Source of the DNA: a candidate division WWE3 bacterium
GTDB lineage: Bacteria; Patescibacteriota; 4484-211; GCA-002791395
Direction: 5' to 3'
NCBI GenBank assembly: GCA_013335095.1
Contig: JAAXWF010000001.1
Coordinates: 86,797 to 150,796 of the forward strand
Length of the DNA stretch: 64,000 bases
Every line of letters starts with the position of its first letter. The first letter of the stretch is position 1. This document shows positions 29,849-40,004 of this stretch, in pieces. A program made the position numbers and the translations under genes. The notes under the pieces were generated by a model. That model saw nothing but the letters and a program-made list of their open reading frames with translations. It made no database searches and was not told the DNA's origin.

Positions 29849-30580
29849 ATGGTCCAAATCTTTATATCCTTTTTATATCAACCGTTTTTAAATATTCTCG
29901 TCATTATCTATTCATATATGAATCAATTTTTTGGCGACACCGATATGGGTGCTGCGGTAATCGCGTTTACTTTTTTAATACGCTTACTTTTATTCCCTTT
30001 AACGGTACTTTCAACTGAAAGTGAAAAAGAACGTATCGAGATACAACATTCGTTCGAACAAATTGTTAAAAACTATAATGGTGAACCAATACGGCTCCGA
30101 CAAGAAAAGAATCGACTGATTAAAAAACACCAAGGGACAATTCGATTTGAGCTATTAAACCTATTGATTCAGTTTTTTATTGCCCTTATTCTTTGGAGAA
30201 TATTCGGTCGAGGATTAAAAGGCGAAGATCTTTATCTACTCTACAGCTGGGTACCACATTTCCCCATGCCGATTGATCTCATGTTCATGGATCGAATAAA
30301 TTTAGCCGAACCCAATGTAACGATGAATGTGTTAAGTGCCGTACTTTTATTTATAGTGGAAACGCTAACACTAACTTTCTCGGTGCTACCAGCGTCTCAC
30401 CAAGATCGGATTATTCAATTTATCCTTCCGATCGCTGCATATCTATATATGTCATCGATGCCTGCTGGAAAGGCACTATTTTTAATTACCACATTAAGTA
30501 TTAGTGTCGTTATTATTTTAACGATAGAAATAAGTCGACTTTTAACGATGATGAATAGGAAAAATGCCCCGACGACCTAA
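29849..30580 (+). CDS. yidC: YidC/Oxa1 family membrane insertase (short form)
   Basis: YQPFLN, G.AVI..T.LIRLLLFPL, PAG.ALF. Confidence 0.75.
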   Translation: MVQIFISFLYQPFLNILVIIYSYMNQFFGDTDMGAAVIAFTFLIRLLLFPLTVLSTESEKERIEIQHSFEQIVKNYNGEPIRLRQEKNRLIKKHQGTIRFELLNLLIQFFIALILWRIFGRGLKGEDLYLLYSWVPHFPMPIDLMFMDRINLAEPNVTMNVLSAVLLFIVETLTLTFSVLPASHQDRIIQFILPIAAYLYMSSMPAGKALFLITTLSISVVIILTIEISRLLTMMNRKNAPTT

Positions 30581-30595
30581 ATAAGTAAACCTCTT

Positions 30596-31330
30596 TTAAT
30601 CAATTAGCAGATACACGTCGGTATAACGCGCACTCCACCAACCTGATTTGACGTTTTCAAATCCTAAATCAATTTTGTTACCTTTTATCGCTCCACCGGT
30701 ATCTTCGGCATGGCATTCACCATATCCCGGGATATAAAGCCGTGAACCGAGTGGAATTACGCGAGGATCAACTGCGCATACGCCGAATTTAACGGATGTC
30801 CCAGTAGCGGTTCTGCCAGAACAACCGACACAGTTCCCATCATAGCTTGTTGCCCACATTCGAAACGACTGAGAATATAAAATAGCACCATTAGGTGTAT
30901 TCAACTGGTCTATCTTAATTTTAGTTCCAACTCGAACGACACGATTGACGGGCTCGGTCTGACGCGAAGTAATCAAAGTTCGTTCGTATTCGGTGCTATT
31001 CCATGATGAAACCCTATATTCTTTTGTAAGAACACCATTTTCACCTTCGCGAACGACTTGTTGTTCTCCAACATATAAATCATCCGTGAGTTCTTCCTGG
31101 GTTTCGTACGGAATTGACTCCTGCACTTGGTCGATTATTTCGGTAAAAGGAGATGCGGTTAACGGCGAACGCTCAGTGTTTGAAAATTCCAAGATAAGAT
31201 CAGATCCTTGCACAAAATCAGATACGCCCATCACACTCGGGGAAGCTAAGGAACGATCCGGCATAATAACATATGACGCCAGAATAATTGTAATTAATGC
31301 ACAGAATCCAACGGTATGTGGTCGTTGCAT
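30596..31330 (-). CDS. G5 + 3D domain cell-wall protein (YabE/Rpf-like)
   Basis: G5 (IPYET...G.NG...P.N.VVRVGTK) then ATSY, AVDPRVIPLGS.LYIPGYG..AEDTGGAIKGNKID; start moved to ATG 31330 because the longer ORF overlaps rnpB. Confidence 0.9.
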   Translation of the reverse strand: MQRPHTVGFCALITIILASYVIMPDRSLASPSVMGVSDFVQGSDLILEFSNTERSPLTASPFTEIIDQVQESIPYETQEELTDDLYVGEQQVVREGENGVLTKEYRVSSWNSTEYERTLITSRQTEPVNRVVRVGTKIKIDQLNTPNGAILYSQSFRMWATSYDGNCVGCSGRTATGTSVKFGVCAVDPRVIPLGSRLYIPGYGECHAEDTGGAIKGNKIDLGFENVKSGWWSARYTDVYLLID

Positions 31331-31346
31331 AAATGGTTGGCATTGA

Positions 31347-31817
31347 CTGGTAGGCAAGTAATAAGCCAAATTCTGTTACCCCTTGAGCCATCAATGATGG
31401 CTACAAAAGTTGGTAATCATCTATCTATGCCTTCTCTTGTGAACGCTTCATTCTATCCATGGGGTTACCATGGGAAAAATGAATCGGCTGGGAAACCTGA
31501 TGGCGTCCGATTCGGAAGTTGCTCCAGGTGGGATTCCCACCTAAATCTTGCTAGGCAAAATTTAGTCGATGTTAATTCATCGCGTTTCATACCCCAGTCA
31601 TGCATAAAGCGAAAACCGGAGATCGTCTCTGTGGGTCTCAAGAGAAGTCGATTCTTCCCTTGTTTCCGGTACTTTTCAGTACGGAACACCAGCGCTTCCT
31701 GACCTTGGTTTATAAAAACAAAGTCGAGTACACGTCGGGGCTTACACCCCGTCCCCTTCCCTGTGGAGTTTGGACTTTCCTCCCATTTACATGGGCGATT
31801 ACCTGCTTACCTACCAG
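31347..31817 (-). ncRNA. rnpB: RNase P RNA (about 471 nt)
   Basis: Minus strand has GAGGAAAGTCC, CCACAGAGA, TGAAACG, GGAGCAA, AGATAGATGATT and ACAGAATTTGGCTTA in canonical order; ends CTGGTAGGTAAG / CTTGCCTACCAG pair as P1. Confidence 0.92.
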
Positions 31818-31903
31818 ATATGAGACTAATTATACCTTTTGGCGTAAATTCAAACAAATAAACATAAGCCCGATACAGAGCCGATGTCGTATACTAAGAG
31901 CAC

Positions 31904-33589
31904 ATGCACGGTTACATTAACAAACTACACCAACGACACGTTATTATTCTTTTAACACTTATCGGAATTGGTGCGGTTCTGAGATTTCATAATATCCTTT
32001 GGGATGAGGGCTATTTTTTCCACCCCGATGAACGCAATATTGGATACGCAATTAGTAAGCTTAATTTTTCTACTAAAGAATTTAATCCACAATTCTGGGC
32101 ATATGGCTCCCTCCCAATCTACACAATTTATCTGATTGCCGCCTCATTTGAATTCCTTACTCATACCGCGTGGTTGCGGTTTGAATCATACCTGACAATT
32201 GGCCGGTATATATCGGCGCTGTGCTCTGTCATGTTGATTCCGCTGACATATTTAATTACCCGCTGGATCTCGAAAAAAAACGATTGGTCTATTTCGGCCT
32301 CGCTCATAGCGGCGTTATGGGTAACGTTTTTGCCGGGTATGATCCAGTTCGCCCACTTTACTACGTTTGAAACATTTCTAACCTTACAGTATGTGCTGCT
32401 ACTGTATCTATGTTTTGAAATCGCCAGATCAGGGAAACGCCAGTTTTATATCTTGGCTGGAATCGTTCTAGGATTAAGTGTCGGCACAAAGATTATCTCA
32501 GCTATGTTAGCTCCGATGATTATACTCAGCCACTTCTTTGCGACATATCACAAAAATAATAGCTCGTTCAAATTAGTACAACTATTCTCAATTAATCTGA
32601 TTATTGCAGGCGTTGTAACAATTCTTGCCGCAGTTGGATCATCTCCTTTTCATGTCCTCGATTGGGAGGGATTTAAAAATTCAATGGAGTATGAAGGAGG
32701 CGTTGCCAATGGCACACTTCAAGTGTTTTATACGCAACAGTTCATTGGCACTATACCTGGATTGTATCAACTATTGCATGTATTCCCTTACATCTTAACC
32801 ATACCGTTAACTATTATCAGTTTCATCGCAATAAGCTATTGGGGAATTAAATTGACACCTAAGTTATTTTTGGTAGTCAAACAGAAAAAGACAATTTCGC
32901 CATTCGATCAGCGAATCGTATTAACAATCCTACTCATAGTCCTCTATCTCGCATTTAATTTGTCATTATTCGTAAAATGGACCCGCTATATGGTTCCGTT
33001 ACTCCCGTTCCTCGTAATCCTTTCGAGCATTTTCATATTTACCTTAAAAATTACCTCCGTTTACTACAAAAAATTATTACTAGCCATCACATCTGGGTGG
33101 GTAATTTTAGCTGGTCTAAGTTTTTGGCAAATCTATTCGAGGCCCGATCCAAGAACAACCGCCGCTGACTGGGTATCGCAGCACATTGATCCATCGACTT
33201 CAATAACATCTGAAATCTATGACCTTGGCATCACCGCATTTTCAAGCATCCCTCAATCGAGTATCTATTTAGCTCCCCTCTATGATCTAGAAAATGTACC
33301 CAACAGAGACACCATAATCAAACAAATTAATCAGTCTGATTATTTTATTATTCTCAGTGAGCGGTTATGGCGCAATCGACTTGAGCATGAAGATCGATAC
33401 CCGTACGGCTCATATTTGTATCGATTATTACTTCAATCCGACCAATGGAAAACGCTCTTTGCATCACATACCAGGAACGTAGATTGTGGATTATGGACCC
33501 TGTATTGTATGGGCGGTAACATTCTTCCAGATGAAACCTTTTTCGTTTTTGACCACCCATCCTTGTATATTTTGCAAAACCGTTTTTAA
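31904..33589 (+). CDS. GT39/PMT-like (GT-C) membrane glycosyltransferase
   Basis: W..GY.FHPDER, YG.LP.Y, K..RY..P, DETF..FDHP; many TMs. Confidence 0.85.
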   Translation: MHGYINKLHQRHVIILLTLIGIGAVLRFHNILWDEGYFFHPDERNIGYAISKLNFSTKEFNPQFWAYGSLPIYTIYLIAASFEFLTHTAWLRFESYLTIGRYISALCSVMLIPLTYLITRWISKKNDWSISASLIAALWVTFLPGMIQFAHFTTFETFLTLQYVLLLYLCFEIARSGKRQFYILAGIVLGLSVGTKIISAMLAPMIILSHFFATYHKNNSSFKLVQLFSINLIIAGVVTILAAVGSSPFHVLDWEGFKNSMEYEGGVANGTLQVFYTQQFIGTIPGLYQLLHVFPYILTIPLTIISFIAISYWGIKLTPKLFLVVKQKKTISPFDQRIVLTILLIVLYLAFNLSLFVKWTRYMVPLLPFLVILSSIFIFTLKITSVYYKKLLLAITSGWVILAGLSFWQIYSRPDPRTTAADWVSQHIDPSTSITSEIYDLGITAFSSIPQSSIYLAPLYDLENVPNRDTIIKQINQSDYFIILSERLWRNRLEHEDRYPYGSYLYRLLLQSDQWKTLFASHTRNVDCGLWTLYCMGGNILPDETFFVFDHPSLYILQNRF

Positions 33590-33592
33590 TGA

Positions 33593-35272
33593 TTAATTGC
33601 TAAATATTCTACGGAGCGTTTCAGAAGTAGATATTTTTTGATTTTTTTGAAAGATCAGTACCGGAGGATGGTCGTAGCTTTGGAATGATTCGTCTGCAGA
33701 ATCGGTGTTTAATTGGTGTTTTGCAATACCTGGATATTGGGTAAATGAAGCGACAAGCTGATAACCAAGATTACCAGCAAAGAGTTGCTGATAAAATTGC
33801 ACCGTCACTGGGTAAAGTTCAGGATTTCGCAAAATAGAATAGTACACCCGACGACTCGATAAAACGATATAATCGGCATTTTCTAATTGTGTACCGATCT
33901 TTTCCCACTTAGCTTGAGATTCAGGATTATAGACCTCCATTTGTTCGACCGAACGCGATTCATGAAAATCTTTAAGCATTAATGGCAACGGGTCGTCCCA
34001 GTGTTCTCCGAGAATAAGTGATGACCGTGGAACGTGTTGATAAATCCATTCTGAGGCTCGAATTCGTGTATGTTCTCCCTGGTAAATTCGCATAAAAGCC
34101 ACGGCGAATAAAAATTGAATAAACAGAACCCCAACAATAATCGAACGTTGGGATGTTTCCTTATATTGTTTAATAAATTCTAAAAGTGTAATGCTTCCGA
34201 GTAATGCAAAGTATGGCAGCAGGGGTATCAAATATCGACTAAATTTAGCATACCAGGCCCCACTTACGGCAAAATATGCAGTAGGCCAAATTAGTATCAT
34301 GAAGAAGAAATAAGATCTTCTTTTCCAAGCAAGATAGGCAACATATCCCCAACTAAATAAAAGAAATGGGGCGATAACAAATGAAGTTTGCCACGGTAAT
34401 ATCGAGGTTAAATAGTATAAATACTTTGTGGTTCCTTCATAAATTATGACAAAAGGCGGCTTAGTATCGCCCTTTATTACTGCTTGCATATAGGATTGTT
34501 GTTGCCAGAACTCTTCTCTCGCTATCAGACTATATGGAGAGATAGCAACATAGGTTAAAACAATAACAAGGCCAAGAAGCACACCAACACCCACCCAAGT
34601 GAAAAAACTTTTATATTTGTACCCTCGCCACGTCGACCATAAGGCCGGAATCAACGCCACGGCTGGTATAACGGCGTATGAGATGCCGACAATCTTAGTT
34701 GCAGCAGCGCATCCGACTAAAATCGCCGAGATAACGAACCAAAACCAATTAAACTTTCGATACAATTGCAGCGAAGAAAATAATATGGCAGAACTAAAAA
34801 ACAGTAGGAAAGATTCAGTCGTGTTGAAATGGGCAACTTGAATTGCTCCTGGGAAAAAAGCCAATAACCCAACCGCAAGCAGTGCTGTTTTACGATCAAA
34901 AAATACATACGCAAGTCGGGCCAACAATATTAATGAAAAAATATTAAATAGCGCTGAGGTAAACCGTGAAGTTAATAACAGAGATGAAGCCGTACCGTAT
35001 GCATGGATCGTGGTAACTATCCAATCCATAAATTTATACATGTATAAAGGAAATGTTCCGTAATAAAACATGTGCGGATTTAGCGGCGAATTAGGAGATA
35101 AAAGGGATTCTAGAGATTTTGGCCAAGAGATATTCGACGCATTGATATATAAACGTTCATCTGGATGCAAAAAATATCCCTGATCCCAATCTAAATGAGA
35201 TATCCGAAATAATGCGCCGATGATTATGAGGGCGCTTAACCAATAAAACCAATGTTTGTGCTGATTTTTCAT
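33593..35272 (-). CDS. GT39/PMT-like (GT-C) glycosyltransferase, convergent paralog
   Basis: WDQGYFLHPDER, YGTFP.Y, KFSRYLIP, EHWDD.LP, DESF..YDHP. Confidence 0.87.
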   Translation of the reverse strand: MKNQHKHWFYWLSALIIIGALFRISHLDWDQGYFLHPDERLYINASNISWPKSLESLLSPNSPLNPHMFYYGTFPLYMYKFMDWIVTTIHAYGTASSLLLTSRFTSALFNIFSLILLARLAYVFFDRKTALLAVGLLAFFPGAIQVAHFNTTESFLLFFSSAILFSSLQLYRKFNWFWFVISAILVGCAAATKIVGISYAVIPAVALIPALWSTWRGYKYKSFFTWVGVGVLLGLVIVLTYVAISPYSLIAREEFWQQQSYMQAVIKGDTKPPFVIIYEGTTKYLYYLTSILPWQTSFVIAPFLLFSWGYVAYLAWKRRSYFFFMILIWPTAYFAVSGAWYAKFSRYLIPLLPYFALLGSITLLEFIKQYKETSQRSIIVGVLFIQFLFAVAFMRIYQGEHTRIRASEWIYQHVPRSSLILGEHWDDPLPLMLKDFHESRSVEQMEVYNPESQAKWEKIGTQLENADYIVLSSRRVYYSILRNPELYPVTVQFYQQLFAGNLGYQLVASFTQYPGIAKHQLNTDSADESFQSYDHPPVLIFQKNQKISTSETLRRIFSN

Positions 35273-35877
35273 GACTTAACCCCCACTATCGTAACATGGG
35301 GATACGGTCTCCATGTAGGATGGGGATGGATGCTCACCGATAAACCACGAGATTGTAAAATACTAGCCCATTCTCCAGATGATCGATACAGTAACCGATC
35401 ACCACGGGTCATAACATAATCATGCAAAAAATTAAACCAATATTTCCACGAAGGTCGCAAATCAATCTCTTTTAGGATAATCACTCCTTTGGGGGCTAAA
35501 TGCTCGATATAGGATTCAATCACCGGTATTTGCTGCTGCGGATTTATATGATGAAGAACGTCAAAAAAAATGATTGCATCTGATGATGGAACAACGCCAG
35601 GAGTTTCGGCAGTCCCAACTCTAAACTCCAAATTGGGAAATGAATAACGTTTTTTTGCAGCGAGGACACGATCAGGTTCAGGCTCAATACCGATAATATG
35701 AAGATCGGGATATCGAGTCGCCAGACTATATGTCATCTGTCCAAATCCACATCCAACATCAACGAGTACTCCGCGTGCTGGAATATATGGATCAATTTGG
35801 TGAAAATCAGCAATCAGTTCACGCAAAAAATTATATAGTTTAGTCGGAATTACTAAATGACGATCGCCCCGTGTCAT
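35269..35877 (-). CDS. Class I SAM-dependent methyltransferase
   Basis: LVDVGCGFG, DVLHHI, L.P.G. Confidence 0.9.
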   Translation of the reverse strand: MTRGDRHLVIPTKLYNFLRELIADFHQIDPYIPARGVLVDVGCGFGQMTYSLATRYPDLHIIGIEPEPDRVLAAKKRYSFPNLEFRVGTAETPGVVPSSDAIIFFDVLHHINPQQQIPVIESYIEHLAPKGVIILKEIDLRPSWKYWFNFLHDYVMTRGDRLLYRSSGEWASILQSRGLSVSIHPHPTWRPYPHVTIVGVKS

Positions 35878-35972
35878 AGCTGTTAGAATTGAAGTATACC
35901 ACTGATACTAACGAGAAAAAGGGATAGTATGCTAAAATGTGGGATAATTTGGCTTCCGTTTTAGCTACATGT

Positions 35973-38252
35973 ATGACCGATATAACAGCGAGTATTTACT
36001 ACCTACTGACAATAGAACTTTTGGGACTGATGGCTTGGCCATTTGCCCGTAGAATTTTAAAGGATCTTCCAGATCAGGGCTGGGCATTTGCCAAAATTTT
36101 AGGAATCCTCATGGTTTCGTGGTTAATGTGGTTACTCGCTTCACTCCATGTGCTAAGTTTTTCATACACAAATTTAGTTGTAGTAACACTGGCGGTTGCC
36201 CTCTTTTCTATATTCATAGGTAACACAAAAATAACATTTGGGGATGTACGAAAAGTATGGGCGTGGCTTCTAATCGAAGAAATTTTATTTATCACAATGT
36301 TTGGCCTATGGACATATGTGAGAGGATTTAGTCCAGCGATAAACGGCTTAGAAAAGTTCATGGATTATGGATTTATGGTTTCAGCGTATAGATCTGAATA
36401 CTTTCCACCGCTAGATCACTTTTTAGCCCGGGAGACAATAAATTATTACTACTTTGGTCATTATATTGCGGCGATGCTCTCAAAATTATCACGAGTACCA
36501 ACTGAGTTCGCCTACAACTTACAAATGTCTGCAATTATGGCATTAACGTTAATTCAGGCGTTTGCCCTGGCTGCGAGCCTATTCTGGTTCAATATGACCG
36601 ACGAGTTCAAACGAATCCCGTGGAGAAGTTGGTTCAGTGGAATCATAGCCGCAATCGCAGTCACCTTATTTGGAAACCTGCATGCAGCATTTTATCTTTA
36701 TCAGCAAGGTGAAAAATATTGGTATCCCGATGCTACCAGATTCATCGAATACACTATCCATGAATTTCCAATCTACAGTTTTATTGTTAATGATCTTCAC
36801 GGACATGTTAGTGATATCCCAACCGTTCTGCTCGTTTTAGCCTTACTTCTGGTCATGTTTCGCCATTTATTTGATTCTATTGCGGAACGACGAAAGAACA
36901 ACCAGGAAACTCTTCTACAGCTAATCACCATGAATATGCCAGTAGCTTTCATCACATTGGCTTGGCTAATTGGTACAACGTATACGACAAATGCTTGGGA
37001 CTTTGCCATATATCTTGTGGTATCGGGTTGCCTGATATGGGGATGGAGAGCGAGTGAACTTAAGCAACCTCAAAATTTATTCTCACGTCTGTTTCAGGTG
37101 GACGTTCTTATGAAGACTGCTATAAATTCAATCTTTTTGATGTCGTTCGCGATTCTCTTGTACTTACCTTTTTGGCGGCATTTAGTTCCGATTAGTCAAG
37201 GTATTGGAATTGTTCCACCAAATGGACGATCACCACTATGGCAACTTGGAATATTATGGGGAGTACATCTGCCTATCGTACTTATATTTTTATTATGGTT
37301 GTTTGAAATACGCCTTGAAAAAATAAAATTCACCGAAAAGATCGTTGCATTTTTTGCAAATATTCTCCAGGTAAAAATAACAATAGAAAAAGAGAAAACC
37401 ACGGAGCACATCCATACGACGAACCCACACCTCATAACGTTATTAGGTAAAGAACTGACATCTACCGATTTCATAATCTTAATTATGATCCTGGTAAGTC
37501 TGTTGTTAATTATTGCACCTGAATTTATTTTTATACGGGATATTTATCCACAGCATTACCGGGCCAATACAATGTTTAAGTTTTACTATCAGGCATGGAT
37601 AATGCTCGGGACGGTGTTTGGATTCGCAATAATTCGTTTATGGGCACATTTTAATAGGCATCCGAGCATTTATGGTTACTTGTTTAAATTACTGAGCCTT
37701 GTACTTATCTACTCAGCGTTAATGTATCCGTATAAAGCTATCAACCAAGGGTTCTCGCTCAAAACACCACGCTTATCAATAAACGGAATAACGTATTTAA
37801 CGATGAATCACTATGGCGATTCTCTAGCGATTAAATGGATTAATGAGCACATAAAAGGTCAACCGACTATGCTTGAGGGCGTTGGTGATAGCTATACAGA
37901 CTATGCCCGTATTGCATCTAACACTGGATTACCAACCGTAATGGGATGGCCGGTCCATGAATGGTTGTGGCGTGGAACATATGGTGAATCAATTGTTCCC
38001 AAAACTTATATAGAGAAAAAAACAGGTCAGGTAGACACGGTTGGTAATCGAGTAGATCAAGTAAAGCTAATCTATGAGGGCACAGACCTGAATGAAACAC
38101 GGCAATTACTCGGCAAATACGAAGTAAATTATGTATATGTTGGTGACTTGGAAAGGCAAAAATATCCATCAATGAATGAAAATAAATTCAGCGAAATGGG
38201 TTTACCGGTAGTATATGATAAAGAAAATGTTAAAATTTATTTAGTCCAATGA
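35973..38252 (+). CDS. DUF2298 (YYY domain) membrane protein, putative GT-C glycosyltransferase
   Basis: EKFMD, INYYYFGH, TIHEFP.YSF..DLH.H, NAWD, RANTMFKFYYQ, TGLPTV.GW..HE..WR. Confidence 0.9.
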   Translation: MTDITASIYYLLTIELLGLMAWPFARRILKDLPDQGWAFAKILGILMVSWLMWLLASLHVLSFSYTNLVVVTLAVALFSIFIGNTKITFGDVRKVWAWLLIEEILFITMFGLWTYVRGFSPAINGLEKFMDYGFMVSAYRSEYFPPLDHFLARETINYYYFGHYIAAMLSKLSRVPTEFAYNLQMSAIMALTLIQAFALAASLFWFNMTDEFKRIPWRSWFSGIIAAIAVTLFGNLHAAFYLYQQGEKYWYPDATRFIEYTIHEFPIYSFIVNDLHGHVSDIPTVLLVLALLLVMFRHLFDSIAERRKNNQETLLQLITMNMPVAFITLAWLIGTTYTTNAWDFAIYLVVSGCLIWGWRASELKQPQNLFSRLFQVDVLMKTAINSIFLMSFAILLYLPFWRHLVPISQGIGIVPPNGRSPLWQLGILWGVHLPIVLIFLLWLFEIRLEKIKFTEKIVAFFANILQVKITIEKEKTTEHIHTTNPHLITLLGKELTSTDFIILIMILVSLLLIIAPEFIFIRDIYPQHYRANTMFKFYYQAWIMLGTVFGFAIIRLWAHFNRHPSIYGYLFKLLSLVLIYSALMYPYKAINQGFSLKTPRLSINGITYLTMNHYGDSLAIKWINEHIKGQPTMLEGVGDSYTDYARIASNTGLPTVMGWPVHEWLWRGTYGESIVPKTYIEKKTGQVDTVGNRVDQVKLIYEGTDLNETRQLLGKYEVNYVYVGDLERQKYPSMNENKFSEMGLPVVYDKENVKIYLVQ

Positions 38253-38668
38253 GATTTCAATTTAATACCGCTCTTATTATCAGGTTTTTTACTATTTTAT
38301 CGGCCATTTCAATGATTATATCCCCAGTTGCGTCAGCCAATGCATTTGGCGTTGCGTGTCCAAAAGAATCTGAGGTTTATATTGCTCTATTTGATTCATG
38401 TTTAAGCTTTGGTCCAGCGATAAGCCTGACAATTAGTTGGTCGCTTGCTATTGGTACGGTACTCGCGTTAGCCAAGCTTGCCATTGGAGCAATTCAATTT
38501 TCATTCTCTACTGGGGAACCAGGTAAATTGGCAAATGCTCGAGCTACCTTAACCGATGCCTTCCTCGGCATCATTTTGATTGCATCAGCATGGATTATCT
38601 TTCGATTTATTTCCGGCTCACTTCCGGATCAATGGGATATTGATCTTCTCTTTTTCGATTTAAGTTAA
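38249..38668 (+). CDS. VirB2/TrbC-like pilin
   Basis: Signal peptide, two TMs joined by STGEPGKL..AR.TL.DA..G. Confidence 0.75.
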   Translation: MRFQFNTALIIRFFTILSAISMIISPVASANAFGVACPKESEVYIALFDSCLSFGPAISLTISWSLAIGTVLALAKLAIGAIQFSFSTGEPGKLANARATLTDAFLGIILIASAWIIFRFISGSLPDQWDIDLLFFDLS

Positions 38669-38677
38669 TCGTTACCG

Positions 38678-39748
38678 ATGAAAAATATTAGTCATTTATT
38701 TATACCAGTTAAACATAACGATCATAGGCCGTACTTAACCCGCCATCCGGCATTAGCGCTATTTCTTCTTTTAATAATGACAGTTCAAACAACACTTAAT
38801 ATATTTACCTCAACAAGACCTCAGATCCTTGGATTTGCGACAAGTATCTATCAACAAGAGATCATCAGCTATACAAATCAGGAAAGAGAAAAAGATGGTT
38901 TGCCTGCATTAGTACATAACGCAAAGCTTGATGAAGCGGCAAAATTAAAAGCCCAAGATATGTTTGCCAAAAACTATTGGGCTCATGTTTCGCCAGATGG
39001 TATTGATCCGTGGCATTGGTTTGCCATGGTAAATTATGACTATACATCGGCTGGAGAGAATTTAGCCCAAGGTTTTGATACTTCGCGCGGAGTTATAAGT
39101 GGATGGATGGCTTCCCCATCACACCGAGAAAACATCTTATATAACAAATTTACTGAAATAGGAGTTGCGATCTTAAACGGCAATTTAGAAGGTGAAGATA
39201 CAACGTTGGTAGTTCAATTATTCGGAACCCCACCTGCTACAGCACCCGCCGTCGTCGCCCAAGCCCAACCGACAATAAAACCTACTGTAATAGCAACAAA
39301 AGCGCCTACACAAAAACCAGCTCCTACCGTTCAACTAATTCCGACAGATATCCCAGCATCCCCTACCGCAACGAGTACACCGTCCTCTCTGCAACAAGAG
39401 CTAGCAGTCCAGCCGACCAATTTACCGACACAAATAACTACAATAACAGACAACACACCAACCCCGAATCCAGAAGTCATAGTTGGCCCAAGTGGTGACT
39501 TCACGAATACTCCCCCCTCAAGACTGACAATGGTAATGGCGGCTGTAAGCGATTTACGAAACCTCAGTCCTGCCCGAATTTTTACCATAATAATGATTTC
39601 GTTTATTGTTATTCTTTTTCTGATAGATTCTATCGTGCTGTGGTACAAAAAAGTACACCGCCAAAATGCACACCGATTAATTTACGCCAGTATTCTGGTA
39701 ATCGCACTAATTAATATTATTTATTCGTCGGTTGGACTAGTATTGTAA
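38678..39748 (+). CDS. CAP/SCP domain protein with Pro/Thr linker and C-terminal TMs
   Basis: TN.ER, KA.DM...YWAH.SP.G, AGENLA, WMASPSHRENI. Confidence 0.92.
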   Translation: MKNISHLFIPVKHNDHRPYLTRHPALALFLLLIMTVQTTLNIFTSTRPQILGFATSIYQQEIISYTNQEREKDGLPALVHNAKLDEAAKLKAQDMFAKNYWAHVSPDGIDPWHWFAMVNYDYTSAGENLAQGFDTSRGVISGWMASPSHRENILYNKFTEIGVAILNGNLEGEDTTLVVQLFGTPPATAPAVVAQAQPTIKPTVIATKAPTQKPAPTVQLIPTDIPASPTATSTPSSLQQELAVQPTNLPTQITTITDNTPTPNPEVIVGPSGDFTNTPPSRLTMVMAAVSDLRNLSPARIFTIIMISFIVILFLIDSIVLWYKKVHRQNAHRLIYASILVIALINIIYSSVGLVL

Positions 39749-39749
39749 T

Positions 39750-40004
39750 ATGTATCATTTTATAAAACACCATATTTTTCAATACGCCATAATATTATTA
39801 TTATTCAGTGTCACTGTTACAAGTTTGTCGTCTAATATTGCTATTGGATATAAATTCCTGTTCTCTGGTATTGCGGTTGGAGTCTATTTCTTTTGGGCAA
39901 TATGGCATCACTGGGAGGATCATAAACTATCTTCAAAGACAATTCTAGAATATGCACTTTTGGTAACCCTCCTTCTTTGGCTGCTTTTGAATCTAGCAGT
40001 TTAA
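39750..40004 (+). CDS. Small 3-TM membrane protein
   Basis: Y..W..WHH....L.....LEY pattern; coupled to the CAP gene. Confidence 0.7.
   Translation: MYHFIKHHIFQYAIILLLFSVTVTSLSSNIAIGYKFLFSGIAVGVYFFWAIWHHWEDHKLSSKTILEYALLVTLLLWLLLNLAV

Noticed and set aside
31316-31920. Short ORFs of 128, 74 and 106 aa
   Set aside because: They overlap the RNase P RNA gene
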